The notes beneath the pieces were generated by a model that was given only the letters and a program-made list of their open reading frames with translations, was not told the origin of the DNA and did not search any database. DNA of 64,000 bases from Escherichia phage vB_EcoM_ESCO32, in the sequence record OM386658.1. One strand, 5' to 3'. Numbering within the stretch: position 1 is the stretch's first letter; each line of letters opens with the position of its first letter. The position numbers and the translations under genes were made by a program. Below are positions 1-7,960 of this stretch, one piece after another.

Positions 1-350
1 ACATTAGCTAATAATAACGCACCGCAACAATGTAAGGGAATACAATATACTCGTATATTGTTGCGCTTGCAATTGTTGCAAGCTACATAAGCACAAATAA
101 TAACTATCGGTGATGGTTATTATGTGGGGTGTGTAGTTGCGTTATTATTAGCCGCCTATGTGTCCGGCATAGGCTGCTAATGATACGCTTGCGAATTATA
201 TTTCTTGTTATAGTTATTGTATGAAATGATTACTACATGAAATGGTTATTTAGGTAATAGATAGGGAGGTAAAGATTAGATCATAAATAGATAGGATATT
301 AATTATTTAGCAATGTTACTAACAATTTAATAGTTACTTTGTGCAACAAT

Positions 351-398
351 TCGATAGATTATAGTTATAGTTTTAAGGGTTAGATAGATTATAGTTAG
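351..398. repeat. short direct repeat GATAGATTATAGTTA x2 in AT-rich ORF-free leader region
   Basis: 15-mer present twice about 33 bp apart inside the 860-bp AT-rich non-coding region at the window start. Confidence 0.3.
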
Positions 399-544
399 CT
401 TAGTAATGATTTACATTGATTATTGTTGTTTAATATAAGGTTATCAATAAGATAGTAACAGTATGTTATAAATAAAAGTAAGATAATTAGCTTTAATTTA
501 GTTAGATAACTTATTATTTTATAAGTTAGATGGTCTTAAGTTAA

Positions 545-617
545 GAATGATTATCATTATTGCATTATGCAGTTTATTGCATAAATAATCAGCTATAAAT
601 GAAAATGATTATCACTT
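545..617. promoter_or_regulatory. Fur-box-like palindromic sites
   Basis: GAATGATTATCATTATT (545-561) and AAATGATTATCACTT (603-617) resemble the GATAATGATAATCATTATC iron box; AT-rich context, so chance similarity is possible. Confidence 0.3.
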
Positions 618-825
618 AAGAGGAAAGACAAGAAAAAGGCTGTTTTTGCCAGATAGTTACATTGAGAAATTAAAAATAAGCGGTCTAAAACACGTTGTAA
701 GCGCCTTATGATCTTCATGGTATGGTTGTTCATCTGCTCCTTGATTAGCTCGATACCGCGATCTATTCACTTTTTTCGGTGAACGTTTTTGATAGGTAAA
801 AGCTATCATCTTTATTTAGGTAAAA

Positions 826-850
826 AGAAAGGGCGCTTTGTGCGCCCTGG
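826..850 (-). terminator. rho-independent terminator after CDS 864..1247
   Basis: minus strand reads GGGCGC-acaaa-GCGCCC stem followed by TTTCTTTTTACC. Confidence 0.6.
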
Positions 851-863
851 TGTGAAATGTTAT

Positions 864-1247
864 TTACTTATAAGCCGGATCGTTTGTTATATCAATCCAA
901 TGAGCTAAATTAATTTTATTTTTTGCTTTCATTTTCTCGATCAAACGTTCGGCTAATGTCTCGGAACGAATATAAACATGCTCGCTAAAATCTTGCCCGG
1001 TTTCTTCGTCGATCATCTCGCGATATTCAATTTTCCCGATAAACGCATGATTCAGCGCATAAGTTTTACCCGTGTACCAGTTATGTAAATGGATCTCGCA
1101 TTTATAATCATCGCTATACCCTTCGGTTGTTCTAACTTCAACCAGATCGCCTTTAAACACTGATAAGCACCACATAGGATCACGATCTACAGCGCCGTTA
1201 AAATCTTTACCGTTTACAGTAGCCGCCAGGTTGATGATATTGCTCAT
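864..1247 (-). CDS. hypothetical early protein (127 aa)
   Basis: ORF track; ATG with GAGGAA-type RBS; terminator downstream; no domain recognised. Confidence 0.55.
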   Translation of the reverse strand: MSNIINLAATVNGKDFNGAVDRDPMWCLSVFKGDLVEVRTTEGYSDDYKCEIHLHNWYTGKTYALNHAFIGKIEYREMIDEETGQDFSEHVYIRSETLAERLIEKMKAKNKINLAHWIDITNDPAYK

Positions 1248-1322
1248 GGTGATTCCTCGTTTACCGTTTAAAATTGCTTGCCCTACACGATAACTATAAG
1301 TTAACAGAGGCTATAAAGCAAG

Positions 1323-1553
1323 TTATTTTTCAAAAAATTTTTCTGCTGTGATATTCTTCCCAGTGGGGTTAGCTACTTTCAAAATTTTATCATGTACTGG
1401 ACGCCCGAAAGAATAAGATCCGTATACAGTAAACCAATAATCGCCGTCAGGCTGTACTATTACCGCCGCATAGGGTACGCCTTTTTCGTTATTGCTGACA
1501 AAATAGATCACATTGCCGTTAATAGCCTCAGCGCGTTTAATTTGTTCGATCAT
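1323..1553 (-). CDS. hypothetical early protein (76 aa)
   Basis: ORF track; ATG preceded by AGGAA and by promoter plus leader hairpin cassette. Confidence 0.55.
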   Translation of the reverse strand: MIEQIKRAEAINGNVIYFVSNNEKGVPYAAVIVQPDGDYWFTVYGSYSFGRPVHDKILKVANPTGKNITAEKFFEK

Positions 1554-1571
1554 GATATGATTCCTATATTG

Positions 1572-1632
1572 GGCGGGAAACCATTTCCCGCCTTACGTGA
1601 TACATCTTAGTATAAGGGCGATCCGGTGTCAA
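1572..1632 (-). promoter_or_regulatory. early promoter plus leader stem-loop cassette
   Basis: minus strand TTGACA-17 bp-TAAGAT then GGCGGGAAAtggTTTCCCGCC (1572-1592) immediately upstream of the RBS of CDS 1323..1553. Confidence 0.6.
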
Positions 1633-1645
1633 TAGATAAAGTTAA

Positions 1646-1882
1646 TTATTTTGCATAATCAATAACAGCGCATATTTTATCATTTACATCTTGTAAATCA
1701 AAGGCATAGGCGATCTTGCCTTGTAATTTTCCACGGGTGAAACAGATACGATAAACGCCGTTTTTACTGTCATCTTCTGATTTTAGTATTTTTGCAACTG
1801 TTGCAATTAACAGATCATCAGAGTAAGCGATAAAACCGCCACGTAAAATAGGTGATTTTTTGAGGATCATGACTTCTTTCAT
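1646..1882 (-). CDS. hypothetical early protein (78 aa after start trimming)
   Basis: ORF track frame 1646..1930; the track start lies inside the -10 element, so start moved to in-frame ATG (MKEVMILKK) downstream of the promoter. Confidence 0.5.
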   Translation of the reverse strand: MKEVMILKKSPILRGGFIAYSDDLLIATVAKILKSEDDSKNGVYRICFTRGKLQGKIAYAFDLQDVNDKICAVIDYAK

Positions 1883-1929
1883 TTTCTTTTCCTGTTTTCG
1901 TTTTGGGTATGTTCTACCCTCTAAAAACA

Positions 1930-1958
1930 ATATTAAACTGTTGTGATTTATCGGTCAA
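1930..1958 (-). promoter_or_regulatory. sigma70-type promoter
   Basis: minus strand TTGACC-17 bp-TAATAT upstream of CDS 1646..1882. Confidence 0.45.
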
Positions 1959-2052
1959 TAGATGAGATTGTAAAGATTTGATAGTTTATTCCTTTGATGT
2001 TTTGTTATTTAATAGATATTAGCTATCAATATATAGCGGGATCTTCCGGTGA

Positions 2053-2205
2053 TTATCTTCCCCTGTCCCCAGGTGCCGCCCGTTCCATAATAATAATCAA
2101 AAGCAGGATAAAAGGCAAGATAAAAGGCAAATTATTCCCTATGTGCTTTAAACGCTCTAAACAGCTTTCTAACAGCTTTTTCATCCTGGCAAGGTGATTA
2201 GTCAT
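2053..2205 (-). CDS. possible small hydrophobic protein (about 50 aa)
   Basis: ATG with AAGG RBS in the 460-bp gap; translation MTNHLARMKKLLESCLERLKHIGNNLPFILPFIL...; contains a 12-bp tandem duplication; speculative. Confidence 0.25.
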   Translation of the reverse strand: MTNHLARMKKLLESCLERLKHIGNNLPFILPFILLLIIIMERAAPGDRGR

Positions 2206-2304
2206 TGTTACCTTGTTTAAGCGGTTATAATCGGTTTTAGGCTGTTTTACGCCACCTTTTACGTTTATTCTTTACGTGTTACTTCCATCGTGAAAAAAGA
2301 ATAC

Positions 2305-2336
2305 AAAAAAGGGCGCTTAGTGCGCCCCTTTCTTTT
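2305..2336 (-). terminator. rho-independent terminator
   Basis: minus strand GGGGCGCactaaGCGCCC stem followed by TTTTTTGTATTC. Confidence 0.55.
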
Positions 2337-2344
2337 ACCGTGTA

Positions 2345-2734
2345 TTAATATTCGTTATAATACATCGCTAACTTTTCATCAAAAGCCGATTGACGATCTG
2401 CATACTCCCAAAACATTTCTTGATCCTGTTGTTCGTCATCATCCATCATGTTGAATTGCGCAACCTCCTGGTAAGTGATCGCCATATTATAACGATAGGT
2501 GATCTCTTCTGCGATGTTTTCCGGTAAAGATGATTCTACACTGTCTAACAGCATATTTAACATCATTTCAGCCGCTTTTTCATCATTATCAAAGCAGTAA
2601 GCAGACCATGCCGCATGATGTTTATTTTTCATCTTTGCAATCAAGCCGTTGACTAAAAAAGGCGCTACGTTGTTAACGATACCCTGTAAAGATTGGAATT
2701 TTTCAACGTTAGAAACAGAAACCAGGTTGCGCAT
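2345..2734 (-). CDS. hypothetical early protein (129 aa after start trimming)
   Basis: ORF track frame 2345..2770; track start lies inside the leader hairpin; in-frame ATG (MRNLVSV) with AAAGG RBS chosen. Confidence 0.5.
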   Translation of the reverse strand: MRNLVSVSNVEKFQSLQGIVNNVAPFLVNGLIAKMKNKHHAAWSAYCFDNDEKAAEMMLNMLLDSVESSLPENIAEEITYRYNMAITYQEVAQFNMMDDDEQQDQEMFWEYADRQSAFDEKLAMYYNEY

Positions 2735-2757
2735 AGTATTTACCTTTTTGATTACCT

Positions 2758-2816
2758 GGCGGGAAACCATTTCCCGCCTACGTGGTAAATAATACCATAT
2801 TGGGGATCGGTGTCAA
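2758..2816 (-). promoter_or_regulatory. early promoter plus leader stem-loop cassette
   Basis: minus strand TTGACA-16 bp-TGgTATTAT then GGCGGGAAAtggTTTCCCGCC (2758-2778). Confidence 0.6.
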
Positions 2817-2822
2817 TACTTT

Positions 2823-3209
2823 TTATTCAATATAAATCAAATTATCTTCACCAATGTAAGCATGCACCGATGGCATTAATTTAGCTGCATTTGTTAGGCG
2901 GTTGGCGGTGTTAGTAGTGTATATTTCAGGGCGATCCCAAAAGCCTACGCCGTGACCGTTACGGGTGAAATGTAAGTCATTCCCGATCTGGTTTGCTGTT
3001 GCGCCGTCGCTCATTGCCTCAGAGATAGCAGCATCATTGGCATCACAATAAGCCGCTACGTCATGAATGATCCGCTGATGGGCTTGATCTGAAAAATCAT
3101 AATCGTCTAAGTTATCAATAAAATAGCCTTCATGATCCCTGGCGGATTCAGCAAAAATAAAGGCTTCTTTATAACCGTTGATGATTTCAATAATGATTTC
3201 AGTTTTCAT
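2823..3209 (-). CDS. hypothetical early protein (128 aa)
   Basis: ORF track; ATG start overlapping the stop of the upstream gene (translational coupling). Confidence 0.55.
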   Translation of the reverse strand: MKTEIIIEIINGYKEAFIFAESARDHEGYFIDNLDDYDFSDQAHQRIIHDVAAYCDANDAAISEAMSDGATANQIGNDLHFTRNGHGVGFWDRPEIYTTNTANRLTNAAKLMPSVHAYIGEDNLIYIE

Positions 3210-3421
3210 GCTGTACGCTCGACAATAATAATGGTTTGCGGTATCTCGTTTTCTACTACTAACAAGGCTTTTTTCTGTGTGATAGATATTTTAACACGTT
3301 GTAAAGTAGCGGTAAAATCTTTCATTTCATTATGCGCGGATTTAGTGCAATGCCATATTTCAGGTTTACCAATTTGCAAGCCGCGTAAAAATTCTGTTTT
3401 ACCTGTCTTATTCGTGATCAT
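3206..3421 (-). CDS. hypothetical early protein (about 71 aa)
   Basis: ORF track frame 3206..3439 (TTG in track); in-frame ATG (MITNKTGK) with AAGGTG RBS preferred. Confidence 0.45.
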   Translation of the reverse strand: MITNKTGKTEFLRGLQIGKPEIWHCTKSAHNEMKDFTATLQRVKISITQKKALLVVENEIPQTIIIVERTA

Positions 3422-3431
3422 TTGATTCACC

Positions 3432-3536
3432 TTATCCAATACCGTGGGAAGATAGGATCATGTTAGCCATAGTTGCAACCAATCCAACCGATAACACCAG
3501 GCCAACTACTACAACCGTGAAAATTTTCTCTAACAT
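3432..3536 (-). CDS. possible small hydrophobic peptide (34 aa)
   Basis: ATG with GAGGG RBS directly downstream of a promoter/hairpin cassette; MLEKIFTVVVVGLVLSVGLVATMANMILSSHGIG; below the ORF-track size cut-off. Confidence 0.25.
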   Translation of the reverse strand: MLEKIFTVVVVGLVLSVGLVATMANMILSSHGIG

Positions 3537-3554
3537 GATTCTACCCTCATTAAT

Positions 3555-3616
3555 GGGCGTTGCCTTATTGCCCCGCCCTATGTCGTACACTTTACCAGAT
3601 AACTGAATATTGTCAA
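3555..3616 (-). promoter_or_regulatory. early promoter plus imperfect leader stem-loop
   Basis: minus strand TTGACA-16 bp-TAAAGT then GC-rich imperfect palindrome GGGCGGGGCAAtaaggCAACGCCC. Confidence 0.5.
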
Positions 3617-3617
3617 A

Positions 3618-3812
3618 CTATTTTTTACAAGGGATCAGTAAACTTCTTGCTACCGCTTCACGTAAACCTTTACTTTTTATTAAATCTATTGTTGCAGGGT
3701 GGCAAGTAAAAGCCTTTGACCATTTTTGATCACCTGGTTTACGGGCGAAAATGTAAACTTCTCCGTCGATTTCATCCCAACGAGTATTGCTTGTTAGTTT
3801 TTTAAGCGCCAT
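3618..3812 (-). CDS. hypothetical early protein (about 64 aa)
   Basis: ORF track frame 3618..3842; track start (GTG) falls in the leader hairpin; in-frame ATG (MALKKL) chosen. Confidence 0.45.
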   Translation of the reverse strand: MALKKLTSNTRWDEIDGEVYIFARKPGDQKWSKAFTCHPATIDLIKSKGLREAVARSLLIPCKK

Positions 3813-3833
3813 GCTGATTTCTCTTTTAGTTAT

Positions 3834-3892
3834 GAGCGGCACTATTGCCGCCCTACGAAATACATTCTACCCGATTTATAATTGTTGTCAAA
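3834..3892 (-). promoter_or_regulatory. early promoter plus leader stem-loop cassette (variant B)
   Basis: minus strand TTGACA-16 bp-TAGAAT then GGGCGGCAatagTGCCGCTC (3834-3853). Confidence 0.55.
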
Positions 3893-4162
3893 CTATTTTT
3901 TCAAGCTCGACCAGTCAAAACACGGGGCGATCTCGTTAAAACTTGTGCCCTGTAAAGCACATAATTTTTTAGCAATAGCCGCCGTGACCTGGCGCTGTAC
4001 GCGCGGATCTGCTACTGATTGGAGAAAGTAGGCGGCTTTATATGTGATCATGCTTTCGCCTGTTTCCTTGTTAACGTGGTGCACGGTTTTAGCCTTATCA
4101 TCTTTTACCAGGGTGTAACCGGATTCGATGGCCTTGATTGCAACGTCCAATGATATTTTCAT
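3893..4162 (-). CDS. hypothetical early protein (89 aa)
   Basis: ORF track; ATG preceded by AAGAGATAA-type sequence and hairpin. Confidence 0.55.
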   Translation of the reverse strand: MKISLDVAIKAIESGYTLVKDDKAKTVHHVNKETGESMITYKAAYFLQSVADPRVQRQVTAAIAKKLCALQGTSFNEIAPCFDWSSLKK

Positions 4163-4181
4163 GATTTATCTCTTTATTGAT

Positions 4182-4203
4182 GGCGGGGAATACTCCCCCC
4201 GCC
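4182..4203 (-). promoter_or_regulatory. intercistronic GC-rich stem-loop without promoter
   Basis: GGCGGGGaatactCCCCCCGCC sits 8 nt after the stop of the upstream small ORF and 20 nt before the next ATG; no -35/-10 pair and no U-tract. Confidence 0.5.
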
Positions 4204-4210
4204 TTATTAA

Positions 4211-4381
4211 TTACTCTTCATCGTCGCCGTTGTAGTATTCAATGCCGTTTTCATCGGTTACGGTAATATTAACGCCACCGATAGCAACACGATCACGGGC
4301 AAACGTCATGGCTTCATTTAAATCTTCAGACCAAAAAATATTGTGACCTTTGCGCGATACATAAAACATAGTCGGGATCAT
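4211..4381 (-). CDS. small hypothetical protein (56 aa)
   Basis: unannotated gap ORF MIPTMFYVSRKGHNIFWSEDLNEAMTFARDRVAIGGVNITVTDENGIEYYNGDDEE; fills the gap between two cassettes. Confidence 0.45.
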   Translation of the reverse strand: MIPTMFYVSRKGHNIFWSEDLNEAMTFARDRVAIGGVNITVTDENGIEYYNGDDEE

Positions 4382-4402
4382 GATTTGTTTCTCTTCTGTT
4401 GT

Positions 4403-4464
4403 GAGCGGGAAACCACTTCCCGCCCTATGTGATAAACTTTACTACGTTGTTTTTCTGCTGTCAA
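4403..4464 (-). promoter_or_regulatory. early promoter plus leader stem-loop cassette
   Basis: minus strand TTGACA-17 bp-TAAAGT then GGCGGGAAgtggTTTCCCGCTC. Confidence 0.6.
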
Positions 4465-4465
4465 A

Positions 4466-4750
4466 TTATTTTTTAATGTTTTGCCCTACAAAATTGATCA
4501 CTTCCTTAAGCTGTTTCTCAGTCATGATCGTGCCTGGTAATTCTTCTTTGATTTCTTCCGGTAAATAGATATTACCGCGCCAAGTTAATAAACAACAGTT
4601 TTGATCTTCGCAGATGGAATAAGAGAAGATCCACTCATTATCATTCTCAAGCTCCCAAAAGCACAAAAAATCTTCTTTCCCTAAGTTTTCAACGGTTAAG
4701 CATAATCCGCGACGTGCTGCATAGTTGGAAAGTGCTTTTGTGATCTTCAT
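4466..4750 (-). CDS. hypothetical early protein (94 aa)
   Basis: ORF track; ATG; cassette upstream. Confidence 0.55.
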   Translation of the reverse strand: MKITKALSNYAARRGLCLTVENLGKEDFLCFWELENDNEWIFSYSICEDQNCCLLTWRGNIYLPEEIKEELPGTIMTEKQLKEVINFVGQNIKK

Positions 4751-4769
4751 AGCTTATCTCTTCTTTTAA

Positions 4770-4833
4770 GGCGGGGAAACCATTTCCCCGCTCTATGAGA
4801 TACAATATACTACCCGTTCGGTGTGCTGTCAAT
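4770..4833 (-). promoter_or_regulatory. early promoter plus leader stem-loop cassette
   Basis: minus strand TTGACA-17 bp-TATATT then GCGGGGAAAtggTTTCCCCGC (4771-4791). Confidence 0.6.
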
Positions 4834-5156
4834 CAATAATCTTCAATATTTTCTACATTGACAAAAGCATGTTTATTTTCTAAGTTTTCGCCGTACCATT
4901 GCCCCATGTTGATTTCTGCGGTGCGCAACCAGGACATGCCGCGTTGTATCTTTTTACTTGCAATCTCGATCCGGCTTTTGCATAGTGCTTTCGCTTGCAA
5001 TGTAAAAACACTATTGCCCTGTAATGCTTCCAGGTCATCATGTGCAAGGCGATACTCTTTAAAGCCTGATTCTATCATTTCAATAGCATCAAGTAAACGC
5101 GCGCGATGATAGAAAAAATCAGAGTTATCCAAATAAACACCGATCACAGATTTCAT
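4833..5156 (-). CDS. hypothetical early protein (about 107 aa)
   Basis: ORF track frame 4833..5216; track start lies inside the promoter spacer; in-frame ATG (MKSVIGV) downstream of the -10 chosen. Confidence 0.5.
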   Translation of the reverse strand: MKSVIGVYLDNSDFFYHRARLLDAIEMIESGFKEYRLAHDDLEALQGNSVFTLQAKALCKSRIEIASKKIQRGMSWLRTAEINMGQWYGENLENKHAFVNVENIEDY

Positions 5157-5199
5157 AATTTTACCCTTTTGTTTGCGGCCTTTGCCGTTTTCAAGATAT

Positions 5200-5228
5200 A
5201 TTTTAAAGCATAACAAAAAATTGTCAAA
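5200..5228 (-). promoter_or_regulatory. sigma70-type promoter (no leader hairpin)
   Basis: minus strand TTGACA-16 bp-TAAAAT. Confidence 0.5.
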
Positions 5229-5256
5229 CCTTTAAAGCGTACAACTATAAAACCTA

Positions 5257-5376
5257 TTAAAACACAATATATAACAACATGGCTATAGTAGCAATATAAC
5301 ATAAAACCATGCTTGTTTTCCTTCCTTCCTCATATGCTGGATTTATTACGCTATACTGTACGGGAATAACTTTCAT
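5257..5376 (-). CDS. possible small protein (39 aa)
   Basis: gap ORF MKVIPVQYSVINPAYEEGRKTSMVLCYIATIAMLLYIVF with AAGGA RBS; speculative. Confidence 0.25.
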   Translation of the reverse strand: MKVIPVQYSVINPAYEEGRKTSMVLCYIATIAMLLYIVF

Positions 5377-5385
5377 GTTGTTTCC

Positions 5386-5481
5386 TTAATGTCTTAAAAC
5401 GTGGTTTACAATAGAAACAAGTATACAGAAGAAAAAAGATCCTGACAATAAGATCCCGAAAAATAAATGTAAATAGGGCAT
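5386..5481 (-). CDS. possible small membrane peptide (31 aa)
   Basis: gap ORF MPYLHLFFGILLSGSFFFCILVSIVNHVLRH with GGAG RBS; speculative. Confidence 0.3.
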   Translation of the reverse strand: MPYLHLFFGILLSGSFFFCILVSIVNHVLRH

Positions 5482-5485
5482 GGTT

Positions 5486-5788
5486 TTACTCCTTAAAAAA
5501 ATCATTGACAATTAAACTGATAACGCCCAGCACCAGATCACCAGGTAGCGCCGCGCTTTCGTTGTTGCTTATTTGCACTTCCTCACTAGTACCAGCATGA
5601 TAAATCGCATGGTAAGCAATAGTATAATAACCTTTCGTTATTTCTTTAAGATTAATGATTAGCACGTTATTTGTTTCATCTTGAAACAATTTAGCGGTGA
5701 TAGTATTGTTTTCTTTTACACTATCGACTTTTATTGATGGATCAGTTACACCAGAAAAAAGAAAAAACGTTTTAGCTATGCCGTTCAT
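5486..5788 (-). CDS. hypothetical early protein (100 aa)
   Basis: ORF track; ATG with AAAGGAG RBS; promoter upstream. Confidence 0.55.
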   Translation of the reverse strand: MNGIAKTFFLFSGVTDPSIKVDSVKENNTITAKLFQDETNNVLIINLKEITKGYYTIAYHAIYHAGTSEEVQISNNESAALPGDLVLGVISLIVNDFFKE

Positions 5789-5810
5789 GTAGTTCTCCTT
5801 TGTTGTGTGT

Positions 5811-5839
5811 ATCTTATAACGTGCTTTCTATGTTGTCAA
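5811..5839 (-). promoter_or_regulatory. sigma70-type promoter
   Basis: minus strand TTGACA-17 bp-TAAGAT directly upstream of CDS 5486..5788. Confidence 0.5.
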
Positions 5840-6237
5840 TCTTTTATCTCGGTGCATTTTGCTAGGGTATACGTTGCAAGTGCTGACACTAGTTTTTCAT
5901 TGCTACGATCTGCGGCTGTACTGTGTACTTTTTGAATACTTTTTAGCCACGGCGTAAAGTTTTGAGTAGTAAGCACACTAGTAATAATTTCACATGGCAC
6001 GTTTTCATTTAAACCGTTAGCTATAGATTTATCTATTTTTGCCGTTAGTTGTGTAACAGCACCATAAGCGATCATGTGTGAATCCTCCATGATTTCATCG
6101 GGGATCGCATTATTAATGATCATCACGTTTTCCATTGCATCAACGGCGCTTAATTCTGCTACTGTGGAGGATATTGCCGCGTGAGATGTTCCAACCATGC
6201 CAAAAGAGATTAAACCAGCGATCAATAATTTTTTCAT
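5836..6237 (-). CDS. secreted or periplasmic hypothetical protein with signal peptide
   Basis: ORF track frame 5836..6249; start placed at MKKLLIAGLISFGMVGTSHA with GAGG RBS; N-terminal hydrophobic signal-like segment. Confidence 0.55.
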   Translation of the reverse strand: MKKLLIAGLISFGMVGTSHAAISSTVAELSAVDAMENVMIINNAIPDEIMEDSHMIAYGAVTQLTAKIDKSIANGLNENVPCEIITSVLTTQNFTPWLKSIQKVHSTAADRSNEKLVSALATYTLAKCTEIKD

Positions 6238-6245
6238 TTCTTGCC

Positions 6246-6428
6246 TCATATATGTTTTATTGAGATTATATTGTCACTATATACAACGTTTTTCAACGTG
6301 TCAATAAAAATCTTATTGCCTTCAATCCCCAGGATCACGCCGCTAGTTATGAAGCCATATTGATCACGGTATCGGGCGCATAACCTTTGCCCCTGGGCTA
6401 GTGCCTTGCTTATTTCTTCTAATCTCAT
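6246..6428 (-). CDS. hypothetical early protein (60 aa)
   Basis: ORF track; ATG with AGGAG RBS; stop overlaps the downstream gene start. Confidence 0.45.
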   Translation of the reverse strand: MRLEEISKALAQGQRLCARYRDQYGFITSGVILGIEGNKIFIDTLKNVVYSDNIISIKHI

Positions 6429-6520
6429 TTTAAAGCTCCTGTAAAGCCGTCTAACGTTGATTTATAGGCTTGCCCTGGCGTTACCATTGCCTATGGGTAA
6501 CAAGCCTCTATATAAGCTAA

Positions 6521-6548
6521 AAGGGCGCTTATTGCGCCCTTTTTTGTT
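6521..6548. terminator. GC hairpin, possible bidirectional terminator
   Basis: AAGGGCGCttattGCGCCCTT followed by TTTTTGTT on plus strand and shorter T run on minus. Confidence 0.5.
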
Positions 6549-6684
6549 ATTCGTTCCAGTATCTTTTTGTGCTGCGATCTCTTTTTGTTTTGTTCCGCTT
6601 ATCGCCTTTCTTGGTGATCTCTTCGTTCCAATTTTTACGCGCCTTGCTGCGGTTGAATTTTTCGATCTGCTGTGATGCGTTCAT
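6547..6684 (-). CDS. small highly basic protein (45 aa)
   Basis: gap ORF MNASQQIEKFNRSKARKNWNEEITKKGDKRNKTKRDRSTKRYWNE with GAGGA RBS; lysine/arginine rich. Confidence 0.4.
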   Translation of the reverse strand: MNASQQIEKFNRSKARKNWNEEITKKGDKRNKTKRDRSTKRYWNE

Positions 6685-6699
6685 GTTTTTTCCTCTTAA

Positions 6700-7059
6700 T
6701 TACGCCACGTTATGCTGTTTTGCCAGGATTACGATCATGCTTGCAATATATAACCAATAATTTTCCCGCTCACGGGTAACGGTTGTTTCTTTGCTTGTTT
6801 CTTTTATGTACTTCCATTCAATTAACAAGTGATCGATCTCGTTATAATCAAAAGCAATATTGACTTCTGACGGTAAACCTTGTAACCATGAGGCTATTGC
6901 CTTGATCACGTTATAATTGTAACGTTTTTGATTATCGGGATACCAGTATTCAGAGTTAAAACGGCGCATCAGTTCGGTGATCTTTTCTTTTTCGGTTGTA
7001 GTACCATCAAAAGAAATAGCCGACACAATGTAAGTTTTAATTGCTTTTACTGATTTCAT
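6700..7059 (-). CDS. hypothetical early protein (119 aa)
   Basis: ORF track; ATG; cassette upstream. Confidence 0.55.
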   Translation of the reverse strand: MKSVKAIKTYIVSAISFDGTTTEKEKITELMRRFNSEYWYPDNQKRYNYNVIKAIASWLQGLPSEVNIAFDYNEIDHLLIEWKYIKETSKETTVTRERENYWLYIASMIVILAKQHNVA

Positions 7060-7079
7060 AATCTTATCTCTTTATTGAT

Positions 7080-7138
7080 GGCGGGAAACCATTTCCCGCC
7101 GTTGTTGTTACTTTACTTATAAATGATGCTACTGTCAA
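7080..7138 (-). promoter_or_regulatory. early promoter plus leader stem-loop cassette
   Basis: minus strand TTGACA-17 bp-TAAAGT then GGCGGGAAAtggTTTCCCGCC (7080-7100). Confidence 0.6.
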
Positions 7139-7145
7139 ACGGATA

Positions 7146-7316
7146 TTATTTGTTTTTTAACGTTAATGTTCCCAGCTTATCAGCGTGACGCAGACCAGGA
7201 AAGATCCATTTTCCTGATTCATCTTTTACCGGGGCTTTAAGCGTAGCGCCCAGATTGGCGGCATTAACTTTACGTGCAACGTTGCGAGCGGCTTCACGGG
7301 TGGCGAAAGTGATCAT
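7146..7316 (-). CDS. small hypothetical protein (56 aa)
   Basis: gap ORF MITFATREAARNVARKVNAANLGATLKAPVKDESGKWIFPGLRHADKLGTLTLKNK; hairpin upstream. Confidence 0.45.
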   Translation of the reverse strand: MITFATREAARNVARKVNAANLGATLKAPVKDESGKWIFPGLRHADKLGTLTLKNK

Positions 7317-7340
7317 GGTGTTTTCCTCTTCTCTTTGTTA

Positions 7341-7400
7341 GGCGGTGGGCTATTCCACCGCCTTGATGAATATAGTTTACTTTATTTTGTTAAGATTGCA
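7341..7400 (-). promoter_or_regulatory. promoter-like element plus leader stem-loop
   Basis: GGCGGTGGgctattCCACCGCC hairpin (7341-7362) preceded on minus strand by TTGCAA-16 bp-TAAACT. Confidence 0.5.
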
Positions 7401-7407
7401 AGCGGTT

Positions 7408-7623
7408 TTATGAAATAATTGTCAAAGTAAAATCATAATCTTTTGACAGTTTATATTGTACCTTGTTCCCGTAATAGTCACCTTTACGTAAAGATCCGCG
7501 AATACCTATTACATCCTTTACATCTTTAAGATTTTTCACGCCTGTAATGTCTTTATTGAAATGATCGTGATCAGAAAATAAAACCTGCTTTGCATTTTTT
7601 AACAATGTGCGGATATTAGCCAT
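7408..7623 (-). CDS. hypothetical early protein (71 aa)
   Basis: ORF track; ATG; cassette upstream. Confidence 0.5.
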   Translation of the reverse strand: MANIRTLLKNAKQVLFSDHDHFNKDITGVKNLKDVKDVIGIRGSLRKGDYYGNKVQYKLSKDYDFTLTIIS

Positions 7624-7643
7624 TTGATAATCTCTCTCACTAT

Positions 7644-7701
7644 GAGCGGCACTATTGCCGCCCTATGAATTACATTTTACTAATTTTAGTTATCTTGTCA
7701 A
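7644..7701 (-). promoter_or_regulatory. early promoter plus leader stem-loop cassette (variant B)
   Basis: minus strand TTGACA-16 bp-TAAAAT then GGGCGGCAatagTGCCGCTC (7644-7663). Confidence 0.6.
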
Positions 7702-7709
7702 TATTATTT

Positions 7710-7937
7710 TTAGTTTAATGCATCCAGGCACAACAAGCGATCAACATTTAGATCGGTTAGGCTAATCGTTGGCACCTGGTAGGATTCGATATATTCGACG
7801 CTCGACCACTGACCAAAATTAGCGACCGCCCAGCTATTCAAGGAAGAGTGAAGATCATCCCCTTTCTTCTCTGTGATGACTGCTACTACCTGGGAGCTTC
7901 CAACCGTACCGGATACGCGAACAATAACGATAGCCAT
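7710..7937 (-). CDS. hypothetical early protein (75 aa)
   Basis: ORF track; ATG with AAAGG RBS. Confidence 0.5.
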   Translation of the reverse strand: MAIVIVRVSGTVGSSQVVAVITEKKGDDLHSSLNSWAVANFGQWSSVEYIESYQVPTISLTDLNVDRLLCLDALN

Positions 7938-7960
7938 AATTATAACCTTTCTTTGATTTG

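Noticed and set aside
1392-1610. Plus-strand ORFs inside the minus-strand early array (e.g. 1392..1610, 1994..2197, 3132..3425, 4380..4568, 4858..5109, 6457..6675, 6569..6760, 10415..10597, 11083..11289)
   Set aside because: They overlap better-supported minus-strand genes or promoter cassettes, lack an RBS and have low-complexity translations; treated as spurious
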